A stretch of DNA of 43,643 nt from a virus (Duplodnaviria > Caudoviricetes), in IMG/VR virus record IMGVR_UViG_3300009179_000001, positions 1-43,643 of that record; one strand, given 5' to 3'. Position numbers and translations under genes: made by a program. Positions 17,057 to 26,191 of this stretch are shown here, piece after piece. Positions within the stretch are counted from its first letter, which is position 1; every line of letters starts with the position of its first letter. A model generated the notes under the pieces. It worked only from the letters and a program-made list of their open reading frames with translations. It did not search any database and was not told where the DNA came from.

Positions 17057-17406
17057 CAAAACCCAAAAAGGTAACATTCGACAACGGTAGCACAATGGCC
17101 CTTCCGGAAGATTGGCAAATCCCGTCATCCTTTCAGCTCGCTGGAATAAAGTTCAAAGTTGAGAAGGTTGACGGTGAGATTGACAACGGATGCGCCGGGA
17201 AGTGCTGGTACGATAGGGCGCTGGTGAAGGTTTCGACATACGACAGAAACGGAAACATTCCTTGGGATACCCAGGGAAGGGTTTTTTGTCACGAGCTTGT
17301 CCATCTCATACTTGATGCTCTCGGCGAGAACGAATTGTCAGAAAATGAAAAACTTGTGAGCGGCATAGGAATGCTTTTCCACCAATTTCTGCAAACACAA
17401 AAATGA
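17053..17406 (+). CDS. Small Zn-metallopeptidase-like protein (HExxH)
   Basis: 'FCHELVHLIL...NEKLV'. Confidence 0.75.
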   Translation: MTKPKKVTFDNGSTMALPEDWQIPSSFQLAGIKFKVEKVDGEIDNGCAGKCWYDRALVKVSTYDRNGNIPWDTQGRVFCHELVHLILDALGENELSENEKLVSGIGMLFHQFLQTQK

Positions 17407-17582
17407 ACACCAACGAGATGAAAACAACTTCGAACAGTAGTGTTTATCGAAAGATGAGAAAGCACTATCTTGAGAACATTGGTGAGATCAATTGTTCGTA
17501 TTGTCGTTATCATCGCGGTGAAAACTCAACTGGGAAAAGACTAAAGGCATATAAGGCCTTTCTGCTAAGAAAAATAAAATAG
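17403..17582 (+). CDS. Small basic Cys/His protein, 59 aa
   Basis: Read manually: MNTNEMKTTSNSSVYRKMRKHYLENIGEINCSYCRYHRGENS...; ATGA overlap. Confidence 0.55.
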   Translation: MNTNEMKTTSNSSVYRKMRKHYLENIGEINCSYCRYHRGENSTGKRLKAYKAFLLRKIK

Positions 17583-17590
17583 AACTCGAC

Positions 17591-17721
17591 CGGCCATGGT
17601 GGCCGATTGAATAGGCGCGATATGCGCCGACATGGGGCGTTCCGGACGCGACCGGCAAAAGCGCACGCACCATGAGATGAAACGGGCCTACCGTGGCGGG
17701 TAACGCTGCCCGATGGAATCT
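17591..17721 (+). promoter_or_regulatory. Structured GC-rich leader of the scaffold/capsid genes, ending in a hammerhead-like three-way junction
   Basis: Hairpins CGGCCA/TGGCCG, GGCGC/GCGCC and CATGG/CCATG, then AGAT-GAAA-CGG..CCGT-GGCGG..CTGCC-CGATGGA-ATCT. Confidence 0.5.
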
Positions 17722-17725
17722 AAAA

Positions 17726-18349
17726 ATGCCTGACGAAGTAAAGACTGAACCGAAAAACGAAAATACGACGGAAACAAAATTTGATTGGAGAGATGGGGCT
17801 AGAGAACATGGCATTTTCGACAAAATGTCAGCACTACAAAAAGAGATTGAATTCTACAAGTCCAAAGAGGCCGAAAAGGCTCGAGCCGAACAAGAGGCTC
17901 GAATCAAGACCGAAGAGGATTTGAAGGCGTTCAAAAAGCAGATGCAGGATGAGATAGCAGCCGAGAAAGCCAAGGCAGCGGCAGATGTGAGGCTTGCGAA
18001 GGCCGAGGCTTTGGTTGCCGGAATTCAGGATCCATGGAAGAGAAAGGGCCTCCTAGCTGAGCTCATATCTCTTGCTCCTGAATCCGACATGAGTGTCCAT
18101 CTCGAAGGTTTGAAAAAATCGGATCCGTCTCTGTTTGAAAATCTTCCGTTCAGTCCTGCCGTTAATCCTCCGCAAGGTGGACGAGCGGCGAATTCGAGCG
18201 CCGACAATTGGGGAGATATTAAGTCCATTTTGAGGACTGGATACACATCCAACAAAAAACAGGCGTCCATCGAAGAAACAAAAAACGCAGTGAATAAGCT
18301 CGCAGAATACCGAGCTACTCACGGAGGGCAAGCACCGGAAGGGTGGTAG
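17726..18349 (+). CDS. Capsid scaffolding protein
   Basis: Charged coiled-coil, Pro/Gly linker; directly upstream of the major capsid gene. Confidence 0.7.
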   Translation: MPDEVKTEPKNENTTETKFDWRDGAREHGIFDKMSALQKEIEFYKSKEAEKARAEQEARIKTEEDLKAFKKQMQDEIAAEKAKAAADVRLAKAEALVAGIQDPWKRKGLLAELISLAPESDMSVHLEGLKKSDPSLFENLPFSPAVNPPQGGRAANSSADNWGDIKSILRTGYTSNKKQASIEETKNAVNKLAEYRATHGGQAPEGW

Positions 18350-18367
18350 CCCAGAAAGGTTTAAAAC

Positions 18368-19354
18368 ATGACTGCTCCCGGATATGTTGATACTACGTTC
18401 TTGACCGACAGCGTTGAACCGCTCATGAGGTCTACTGTATACCTCAACACATTCATTTTTGACGATGCTAGGAATGGTGGTCTTTTCCAAGATCGACCGA
18501 ACCGCATCGGAAACGAAATCAAAATTCCGTTGGAATACTCTTTCACTTCCAACGCAGGAACGTTTTCCTATGATGACCCGATGAAGGATCCTGAGTCCGC
18601 CAGCGGAGTCTTCATGACGTTCAACAAGGATGCGTTCGATGATTCTGTGCGAGTTTACAAACTCCTCGAAGCGTACGCAATGGGTGAAGGTGAAAGAGTC
18701 CAAGGGTCGACACTTGCAGATGCAATAACGAACGACCCTAAATTCCAACGCGCTGCCAGGGCTCTCGCCAACGCGATCAACACTACTTGCCTTTCCGATA
18801 TGGAAACGATGGTTGATTCTTCCGGAAACTTTAGCGATGCAAATCTAAGCCGTGCAACTTACGGACTCGCTTCGTATGAGTACGCAGCAGGATCTGCGGT
18901 TCTTACGCGGACCATGCTCGAGGACACGATTGCAGCTCTTATGTCTACTACATACGGAGAGGCATCATTCGAAGATCTGCTTATCTACGCACCGCTCGGA
19001 CAATGGAAGCGCATCACCAGGTTTGCCGGTGGTAACACCGGTACTGAGCTCAACGATTCCAATTTTCCGATGACTGTTGCTGCCGACGGTTCTGGGGCGA
19101 TCGATTCCGGACGAATGAGACGCACAACTACGTTCGAGGGAATTCCCGTGATCGTTGTTCCTGGTATGACAACTACCATTACTGAGGTTCTTCGAAAGGG
19201 AACGTGGGGAAGATACAAATGGCTTCCGTTCGAAATGGAAGACAAGAGCGCTGGCGTTCTCGCGTACCAAAAGCTCTACAACTTCGTTCAAGGGGTCAAC
19301 GTCCTTACTGACATGCCTTCTTGGAACGCAAAAATCAGCGGATTGACCGCGTGA
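18368..19354 (+). CDS. Major capsid protein
   Basis: 328 aa after the scaffold; HK97-like 'TTFEGIPVIVVPGM' and terminal 'NAKISGL'; strongly biased codon usage; RBS AAGG. Confidence 0.75.
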   Translation: MTAPGYVDTTFLTDSVEPLMRSTVYLNTFIFDDARNGGLFQDRPNRIGNEIKIPLEYSFTSNAGTFSYDDPMKDPESASGVFMTFNKDAFDDSVRVYKLLEAYAMGEGERVQGSTLADAITNDPKFQRAARALANAINTTCLSDMETMVDSSGNFSDANLSRATYGLASYEYAAGSAVLTRTMLEDTIAALMSTTYGEASFEDLLIYAPLGQWKRITRFAGGNTGTELNDSNFPMTVAADGSGAIDSGRMRRTTTFEGIPVIVVPGMTTTITEVLRKGTWGRYKWLPFEMEDKSAGVLAYQKLYNFVQGVNVLTDMPSWNAKISGLTA

Positions 19355-19372
19355 TAGAAAGGAATTGAAAAA

Positions 19373-19738
19373 ATGACTGCTGTATTGTTTTCAGCAACTC
19401 TTCTTAGGGATGAAGGGCCAGTTGGGGTTAGGCGAAGGAGAAAAACATTTTCCCTAACCATGCCAACCGACGGTGATCTCACGACAGGTATTCCATGGGA
19501 CTTGAGTGCAAGCTTCACGAATGCGGTTGTTTCGTGGAAATTTCTGAAATCATCTGGTCTTCAACTCGAACTGTCAGGCACTGCAATGTCCGATGGAGTA
19601 GGCCATACATCTGCATCCAACGCTATCAAAGGGAGATGGGTTGACACGACTACAGATGGAGCTCCTCTTGCCTTAGTTCCTGACAATACCGATGTGTCAG
19701 GATATGCGGCCCTTGTCGTAGAAGTAGAAGGTTACTGA
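19373..19738 (+). CDS. Probable capsid decoration / minor structural protein
   Basis: Small beta-rich protein right after the MCP; ends 'TDVSG..ALVVEVEGY'. Confidence 0.55.
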   Translation: MTAVLFSATLLRDEGPVGVRRRRKTFSLTMPTDGDLTTGIPWDLSASFTNAVVSWKFLKSSGLQLELSGTAMSDGVGHTSASNAIKGRWVDTTTDGAPLALVPDNTDVSGYAALVVEVEGY

Positions 19739-19740
19739 TC

Positions 19741-20076
19741 TTGGGCACGTCAGCCCACAAATGCAATTTGTGCGGTAATTGCTGCCGAGGGGATTATATA
19801 AAAAAAGTGATCCCCTCGGTGGTATCCGCCTTTGTTCTCATAAAAAAAGAAGACGTTTCAAGAATATCTGATCACCTGTCAATTTCTGAATCTGAGTTCT
19901 CTTCAAAGTACAACTTGACGGGTAATTTGTTGGACATAACCAAGGGACAATGCCCTTTTTTGGATAACGAAAATCGCTGTTCTATACACAGCGTAAAACC
20001 GGCGTTTTGCGCCGAACACAACTGCGAGGATTTGGGACTATGGCCAGACGAAAAAAAGACCAAGACACAGATTTGA
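19741..20076 (+). CDS. YkgJ-family cysteine-cluster (Zn/Fe-chelating) protein
   Basis: 'CNLCGNCCR...CPFLDNENRCSIHSVKPAFC'. Confidence 0.8.
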   Translation: MGTSAHKCNLCGNCCRGDYIKKVIPSVVSAFVLIKKEDVSRISDHLSISESEFSSKYNLTGNLLDITKGQCPFLDNENRCSIHSVKPAFCAEHNCEDLGLWPDEKKTKTQI

Positions 20077-20648
20077 ATTATGACGCAATCGCTGCACAAC
20101 CTACGACTGAAGGAAAGTCTGAGGTTATTAATAATCAACTCAATAGCGTTCCTGTGCCGTCAATAACAGACGCAATAACTCATCGCAACAGAGGCGGACA
20201 GTTGATCCTGGAGACGCTTAATAAAGAGGCAGATCGAGGACGATATAATCCAGAGAAGCGATCGACTGAACCTAGGAGGGTATGGAAGCTTAGAGTTTTG
20301 AAGATCAAAGAAGATGGACGATTGAGGGATCCTAAGCCTGGAGACAAAATCGAGGTTGTTACCGACAGGACAAATAGACTTCCAAGCGGAAAGAAAATCG
20401 GAACCACCAAGATGGACGAGTTTCGACGAATGGGAAAGGACACTTTTACCAGATACCAAACTCTCGAAGTAGACAATTCTCTTTGTGTTTCTTGTGAATA
20501 TGCCATTGCCGCCCAATTGCTAACGCAGTTTGGTAGGCACTATAAAAGCAAGATTCCTTTGAATGGGTACCCTCAAGATATTCTGTACGAAGAATTTGTT
20601 GAATACGAAGAAGAAGAAAAGGGGGTAAATCGTGGGAACTCCAAATGA
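20040..20648 (+). CDS. Hypothetical protein
   Basis: ATG at 20040 (MARRKK...), ~200 aa. Confidence 0.6.
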   Translation: MARRKKDQDTDLNYDAIAAQPTTEGKSEVINNQLNSVPVPSITDAITHRNRGGQLILETLNKEADRGRYNPEKRSTEPRRVWKLRVLKIKEDGRLRDPKPGDKIEVVTDRTNRLPSGKKIGTTKMDEFRRMGKDTFTRYQTLEVDNSLCVSCEYAIAAQLLTQFGRHYKSKIPLNGYPQDILYEEFVEYEEEEKGVNRGNSK

Positions 20649-20955
20649 TTCAAAATCTTTCCAGCAAATGCACGGATCACCGGACACTGCAATTGTTGTT
20701 ACTGCAGGCGCATCGCATGCTGAGACTTCGGCCCTAACCCTTGGGCAATTGTATTGGATAACGCAAAAGGGTGCTGGAGGCGTGCACATGTCTCACGGCT
20801 CCGCTCCATCAGCCGCAACTACTGATACCTATATCCCAGAAGGAGCAATCTGGCCGCATACAGAGACACTTTCGGGTGGAAAGCTTTCGTTCGTTAGAGG
20901 CGGTACAGATGACGTTTCCGTGTATGTCACTCCAATGATCGGTCACGGAGTATGA
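20632..20955 (+). CDS. Small beta-rich structural protein
   Basis: GTG start after GGGGG; Gly/Thr/Ser-rich. Confidence 0.6.
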   Translation: MGTPNDSKSFQQMHGSPDTAIVVTAGASHAETSALTLGQLYWITQKGAGGVHMSHGSAPSAATTDTYIPEGAIWPHTETLSGGKLSFVRGGTDDVSVYVTPMIGHGV

Positions 20956-20956
20956 A

Positions 20957-22507
20957 ATGACCGTACTTTTCGGACAACCAAATACATCAACTCAATCTGC
21001 GGGTGGTATCGATAATACACACGTTTGGATTGCAAAGGCAACATGCACCAAATCATCAACAATTGGGTTTGCGTGCTTTTTGTGCGTTGAAAATGGTGTC
21101 CAGTTTAAATGGTCTGTATACGAGGACGGAGGGGAAAGCGCATCTACTCTCATTCAGGCTGGTGTTGCAACATCTCAAACTGGTTATATGTATATCGACA
21201 TCAGTTCTCCAAATTTTGAACTTGGTGTTAATTACATAATTGCCATAGCATCCCAAACAGCATGCATTGCGTACAGGGATCAGATGGCCGGTGAGTCTGT
21301 TTGGTATAGAAACCTGAGCGAGTATACCGATTATGCAACCTTGGAATTCACTGCTTCATTTGATTTTTCTGCGTATACTCAACTAGCTACTTTAGCTCTT
21401 TGCGCGTGCGTAACTGATGAAGCTCCTCCGCTCAACAACGTTTTGGTGTTTAGTGGAGACTCTAGACATTCCACGTCTTACGCAAATTCTCCTCAGTATC
21501 ATGTTCTTTCGGCAATAAGGGACGTTGAGAGGTGCTCCGTGAGCATTTGCGGGCATCCTACATATACCATCGCACAGATAAACTCGGCATGGGCAACAAC
21601 TGAAGCAGCTCTTTCTCTTCCTGACGGTGAAACATCATGGTGCGTTATCAATGCGGGATGGAACGATTGCGAATACGAGGTTGAAACAGCTACTTCAATA
21701 TCGGGATTGACTACTCTCATCAATAATGCACTCGGATTGTTCGATAAGGTGTGCCTCCTCACGGTAGCACCTGATTTTTTAGATTCTGGAAAGGAAGCTC
21801 TTCGTGATGCCCTTAATGAAAACATACGAAGCAGAGCTTCTTCAAGAATAAAAATAGTCGACCAAGACCTTGACGCAGTGTTGATAGACCACACGAACAC
21901 CCAGGCATATTCAGATGGAGTCCATCACGAGGCATATGGAGGGGCTCGCCTTGCTGACCTGATAGTATCAGCAACTCGCATGGCCAATCGTATTGCAGGA
22001 TGCGCTTTGACTGGAGAGTTCAGCCCGTGCATAGCAGATAACGCATACATAGGCCGGATATACATCCCTGCATCGTGCGATATTGAGCGCGTTGGTATTA
22101 GAGCGAACAAAGCGGGTTCATGCAAAATAGCCTTGTATGCTGGCACATCGTCGGGAGCAACAACACTGATTGAGGATTTGGGCGAGAAAGAGGCAGAACT
22201 AGGTATCAATATATTCGACCTAACCGAATCGATATCGTGCTCTGTTGGAGACTACCTTTATGTAGAGATTTCTTCTGATGATGCAGTTGCATCGTACAGA
22301 ACACCAGGTGGGTCGCTTCAAGCTTGGTCCTCAAAGGAGATAACCTATGCGTCATATACTTCTCCATCTCCGGCGTCTGGATATAGTTCATATTTTACAA
22401 CTCTAGAGCTTTGCGCTTTCCTTGTGTCCAAAGCTGGCGTTATATCAACATCAGCATCTGGGGCGTATTCGTTTTTTAACCTTATTCATCACGGGTTTAT
22501 GCCATGA
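20957..22507 (+). CDS. Probable virion protein: SGNH/GDSL esterase domain between two beta-sandwich domains
   Basis: 'VFSGDS', 'NAGWND' and 'DGVHH' catalytic blocks. Confidence 0.75.
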   Translation: MTVLFGQPNTSTQSAGGIDNTHVWIAKATCTKSSTIGFACFLCVENGVQFKWSVYEDGGESASTLIQAGVATSQTGYMYIDISSPNFELGVNYIIAIASQTACIAYRDQMAGESVWYRNLSEYTDYATLEFTASFDFSAYTQLATLALCACVTDEAPPLNNVLVFSGDSRHSTSYANSPQYHVLSAIRDVERCSVSICGHPTYTIAQINSAWATTEAALSLPDGETSWCVINAGWNDCEYEVETATSISGLTTLINNALGLFDKVCLLTVAPDFLDSGKEALRDALNENIRSRASSRIKIVDQDLDAVLIDHTNTQAYSDGVHHEAYGGARLADLIVSATRMANRIAGCALTGEFSPCIADNAYIGRIYIPASCDIERVGIRANKAGSCKIALYAGTSSGATTLIEDLGEKEAELGINIFDLTESISCSVGDYLYVEISSDDAVASYRTPGGSLQAWSSKEITYASYTSPSPASGYSSYFTTLELCAFLVSKAGVISTSASGAYSFFNLIHHGFMP

Positions 22508-23406
22508 CAATTGCATCAAAAGGAAAGACTCTGAAGTACGGAGCCACAACAACGCTCAGATTTGAGATTCCGGAATCGTGGGATTTTGAGAATATATCAG
22601 CAATTTCTGTTTCGGTAACTGACAGCAACGGTGCTGATGTAGATCCAGGATCAGGGGATGCAACGTTGTACGATGGGGCTATCTTAGACGTTGCTTCAGT
22701 CGCGCACGCAACTTCAATTGTGCTTGCTACAGGTTCAGACCCTCTTCTTCCTGGTGATAGAATACTCATCGGAACGGACGGAGAGATCAAAGAAGTACGA
22801 GAGGTAATTTCGTACGATTCCGACACGCGTACTGTTTTGATCGAGGAGCTCAATTTCGCTCATGCTGACGAATCACCGGTTATTGGAATGTTCGCAACGT
22901 ATGATCTCGACCTTGAAGACACTACTGTTTACCCAAAGGGAATGGAAATAGAGGTTGTATGGAAATCAGACACATCTGACCCTGACGTTTCACAGTGGTT
23001 TTTCATCGGTGAAAATGCATTCTCATCTTCTTTATTTTGGGAGGAGTTTGAAACGCTATATCCTACCGAGTACTCTCGATTGGAGAGCAGGGACAAAACG
23101 CGATTCGAGGAGTTGGCACGGCGCCGCTTCCGTACCGATATGTCTAGCCGAGGATTTGATATCGACCGAATAGTTGATTCAGACATGGTGCAGGATGGCT
23201 TCATACGTTATGCGCGCTTGATGGTTTTGGAGAGCTCTGGGGATGCAGAAGAATTCGAACTGAAGACTGCTCGGGAGGTTTGGGGTCAATGGCTAGAGTC
23301 AGTTTCGAAGCTTCCTATCTGGACAGACCACGATCAAGACAAGGCAGTTGACGTAGATGAAATCGAAACACACAACGCGTTCTTTGAGAGTCACAGGTTT
23401 ATGTGA
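22504..23406 (+). CDS. Probable head-tail connector / structural protein
   Basis: Position; acidic; helical C-terminal domain. Confidence 0.55.
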   Translation: MTIASKGKTLKYGATTTLRFEIPESWDFENISAISVSVTDSNGADVDPGSGDATLYDGAILDVASVAHATSIVLATGSDPLLPGDRILIGTDGEIKEVREVISYDSDTRTVLIEELNFAHADESPVIGMFATYDLDLEDTTVYPKGMEIEVVWKSDTSDPDVSQWFFIGENAFSSSLFWEEFETLYPTEYSRLESRDKTRFEELARRRFRTDMSSRGFDIDRIVDSDMVQDGFIRYARLMVLESSGDAEEFELKTAREVWGQWLESVSKLPIWTDHDQDKAVDVDEIETHNAFFESHRFM

Positions 23407-23873
23407 TGGCCCGCATAAATGAGATCTGGGATGCGATTCGAGCGGAACTTTCGCTCAATATACGCTCTATCGAGCTCGAGCGCGCCGTTGACCCTAGATG
23501 TCGTTTCGTAGAATTCGAGGCTGGTAACGACAATCAAGACATCAGGATGTCTTCTGCCGGAACAAGACAATTTCAAATCATGACACCGGTCAACGTTGGG
23601 GACGCTCAGATAGGCAACAACACATCGCATCCTTCCTTCGATGTAGAGATTATTTTTTCGTATCCGCAGTCTCCAAAGTGGGATGCTGCGGCGCTAGAAG
23701 ACACTGGTCAGATTCAGTGGTATTTTAGAACGCATCCAAGCGCAGTCAGCGGCGTTTCTTTGCGGTTTCCAAAGTCTGACGCTGTAATCACACAGGAAAA
23801 GTCCGGCGAGGATTTGCGCCGGTTTTACACGATAACATTGGCCGTTCAGGCCGAGGTAGATTTTACAAGTTAG
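23406..23873 (+). CDS. Probable tail terminator / neck protein
   Basis: 156 aa immediately before the major tail gene. Confidence 0.5.
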   Translation: MARINEIWDAIRAELSLNIRSIELERAVDPRCRFVEFEAGNDNQDIRMSSAGTRQFQIMTPVNVGDAQIGNNTSHPSFDVEIIFSYPQSPKWDAAALEDTGQIQWYFRTHPSAVSGVSLRFPKSDAVITQEKSGEDLRRFYTITLAVQAEVDFTS

Positions 23874-23885
23874 AGGAGGCATATC

Positions 23886-25172
23886 ATGGCCGGACCGGCA
23901 AGAGGCGGACAGGGAAATCAACTCCGCATGGCGGTGGAGTCAGCGTTGGGAACACCGGGAGCATACTCGTGCACGAGACCCGAGAAGATTCCTACATTCA
24001 AATTCTCACATCTTTTGGTTCCTAATCATGTTTCTGGACATCAGAATCCTCTGACTTTAGAGAAACCAATAGCTATCATAAGATGCCAAGAGAACGCGTT
24101 CACCGCTGACTTTAGGATTCGAAGATCAACAGTAAACGGCGGTACTCCTGATCTCGTTAAGATATTGAAGTCTTCAGGATGGAATGCTGCTGTATCTACA
24201 GGTGCAACAACGGTAACTGGATCGCCTACCGTTTCTTCGATTACTCAAACGTCAAACGTTACCGGTGCAGGGCAGTTCGTTCTCGTAGAGAGAGAGGACG
24301 GGGTTCATGTTCCTGTTTTTGTATCTTCGCTTGCAGGTGCTGTTATTACTCCTCATGTAAGGATGTCTGCTGCATCAACATCTGGGCACGCTATCAATCC
24401 GATGCATACATTGGCACCGATTACATCACAAGCGTACAAGGTTCCTGATGATGTTACGTTATCGTTCATTCTTAATACTCAGGGATTCAATGGAGCATAC
24501 GGATCTTTTGCTCAACACATCGAAGCTTGCGCTCTGGCTAGCGTAGGGGACATAGTGATAACGGGAAGCAATCCGTTTCCAATTTTTCCGTGCACGTTCC
24601 ATGGTGTTCCGATATCGCTTACGGCTGACGCGATAGCTGCCGACTCTTTCAACGACTCAGCTAAATTCGGAGTGGTTACTCCCGATCTGGAATTCTCTCT
24701 TCAGGCAGCATCAGATAGCGGCAACATAGTTCTCGTGTCAAAGGCTGTCATCGACGTAACCATCAATTTGGCCATCACTGTTAAACCTCTGTACAACGAA
24801 GGTGGAGGAAACATAGGCGGAATAACTGGATACATGCTAATCCAGGGAAATCCCACGATGAAAGTGCACTGCCAATTCAACGGTGACACAGCCTTCGAGA
24901 TGGGTATACTAACGGGCGCATCAGGAGCAAATACTTCTATGTGTGCACAACTTATTCAGCCTACAAGAGATCTGGATCATCCTGCATGGGGATTCATGAT
25001 GCAAAACGCTCATATCATGCCTGGAGGTGAGCCAACCGTTAACCCAGGAAGCGAGATCATTGACTGCACTTTCACACTGACAGGATCTTCTGGTGGAATA
25101 AATTCTCATGATGAGATCGACGAAATAGGAACATCTCCGATCTACTTCGGAATCAGCGGTGAGGCTGCATGA
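23886..25172 (+). CDS. Probable major tail (tube) protein
   Basis: RBS GGAGG; 'LRMAVESALGT' N-terminus typical of tube proteins; followed by chaperone and tape-measure genes. Confidence 0.6.
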   Translation: MAGPARGGQGNQLRMAVESALGTPGAYSCTRPEKIPTFKFSHLLVPNHVSGHQNPLTLEKPIAIIRCQENAFTADFRIRRSTVNGGTPDLVKILKSSGWNAAVSTGATTVTGSPTVSSITQTSNVTGAGQFVLVEREDGVHVPVFVSSLAGAVITPHVRMSAASTSGHAINPMHTLAPITSQAYKVPDDVTLSFILNTQGFNGAYGSFAQHIEACALASVGDIVITGSNPFPIFPCTFHGVPISLTADAIAADSFNDSAKFGVVTPDLEFSLQAASDSGNIVLVSKAVIDVTINLAITVKPLYNEGGGNIGGITGYMLIQGNPTMKVHCQFNGDTAFEMGILTGASGANTSMCAQLIQPTRDLDHPAWGFMMQNAHIMPGGEPTVNPGSEIIDCTFTLTGSSGGINSHDEIDEIGTSPIYFGISGEAA

Positions 25173-25702
25173 TAACTAAACGAACAACCGAAGACACGCT
25201 TGTGGTTTCAATATATGATGAGGCAATCATAAGACTAATGGATTCAAAACCTCAGCGTGTTAGAAAATATATAGCAACAAGAAATCTTTCCGATATTGGA
25301 GTCGGAAAGGACGGTAGGATAGAGGAAAGCGCAGATGTAGCAACCATATTTAAGGTAAAACCGTTGCCTCAAAAAATGGTTCAGCTTATCGACGGTGCTC
25401 GAGATTCCTCCATACATCACAGAATGATTTTTAAAGCGTGCGTAAGTGATGTTAAAAATGCAGGAGACATAATTATAGAGAGAGACGACGAAGACAAGAC
25501 TCTTTCAGATGATACTATCGACAGTTTAGGAACTGATATAGTCAAAGACATAGCTTTATATTGCATAGAGCAGAGGGAGGGAAAAAACGGATCTACGGTC
25601 CCTTTCTCATCGCGGGATGGTTGGCAAACTCACGCGAGCCGCCTTCTCGCTTTCGTTGCAGCGTCTGCTTCGACAGAAACAAAGAGTGCGAGCGAGGAGT
25701 AG
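25169..25702 (+). CDS. Tail assembly chaperone (G-like)
   Basis: Between the tube and tape-measure genes; contains a slippery site. Confidence 0.7.
   Translation: MITKRTTEDTLVVSIYDEAIIRLMDSKPQRVRKYIATRNLSDIGVGKDGRIEESADVATIFKVKPLPQKMVQLIDGARDSSIHHRMIFKACVSDVKNAGDIIIERDDEDKTLSDDTIDSLGTDIVKDIALYCIEQREGKNGSTVPFSSRDGWQTHASRLLAFVAASASTETKSASEE
25579..25588 (+). promoter_or_regulatory. Programmed -1 frameshift site (G GGA AAA / A AAA AAC)
   Basis: Correct X XXY YYZ phasing in the 25169 frame; the -1 frame is open to 26028. Confidence 0.75.
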
Positions 25703-26028
25703 AGCGATTCGAAATAGGAATGGGTAGGCGTGACGTATCCAACGTAGCCCTTCCACCATCAATCGCTACTGAGTCACAACTGTTTCTAGAAAGTTGTCCT
25801 GTTGCACTTCTATACAAAACTCCGATAATTGATGAAGTGTTCGAAGCTCACAGGTGGTCAAAACTTGGTCAATCAATAAGTGATCTTTACCCAAATGGAA
25901 TACCGGCAATAATAGTTAGTGCAGTTCTAGCATTGGACGCAGGTCTTCAAATGGCTGAAAATGAGCGAATCAAGGAAATCAGAAATAGAAGTGACAGCGG
26001 GTCTTGCAATAACGTTCAGGGTCAATAA
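25585..26028 (+). CDS. GT-like C-terminal extension reached by the -1 frameshift
   Basis: -1 frame ORF with no good start of its own; 'CSVC...CPVA...YPNG' Cys motifs. Confidence 0.65.
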   Translation, partial: KRIYGPFLIAGWLANSREPPSRFRCSVCFDRNKECERGVERFEIGMGRRDVSNVALPPSIATESQLFLESCPVALLYKTPIIDEVFEAHRWSKLGQSISDLYPNGIPAIIVSAVLALDAGLQMAENERIKEIRNRSDSGSCNNVQGQ

Positions 26029-26191
26029 TGACCCGAGTGTTGATGGTAAAGACAACGTACTGTATTCTGAAAAAATGTTCGCGGTGAACGTAGCTATGAG
26101 GGAAGCCGCTGACAAGGTAAGGGAAAAATTCCCAGACATTGTTGCACAATTTACTCCGATTCACGGACTAATTGAGTTTAAGGAAATTTAA
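25961..26191 (+). CDS. Hypothetical protein
   Basis: 76-aa ORF whose stop overlaps the tape-measure start (TAATG). Confidence 0.45.
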   Translation: MSESRKSEIEVTAGLAITFRVNNDPSVDGKDNVLYSEKMFAVNVAMREAADKVREKFPDIVAQFTPIHGLIEFKEI

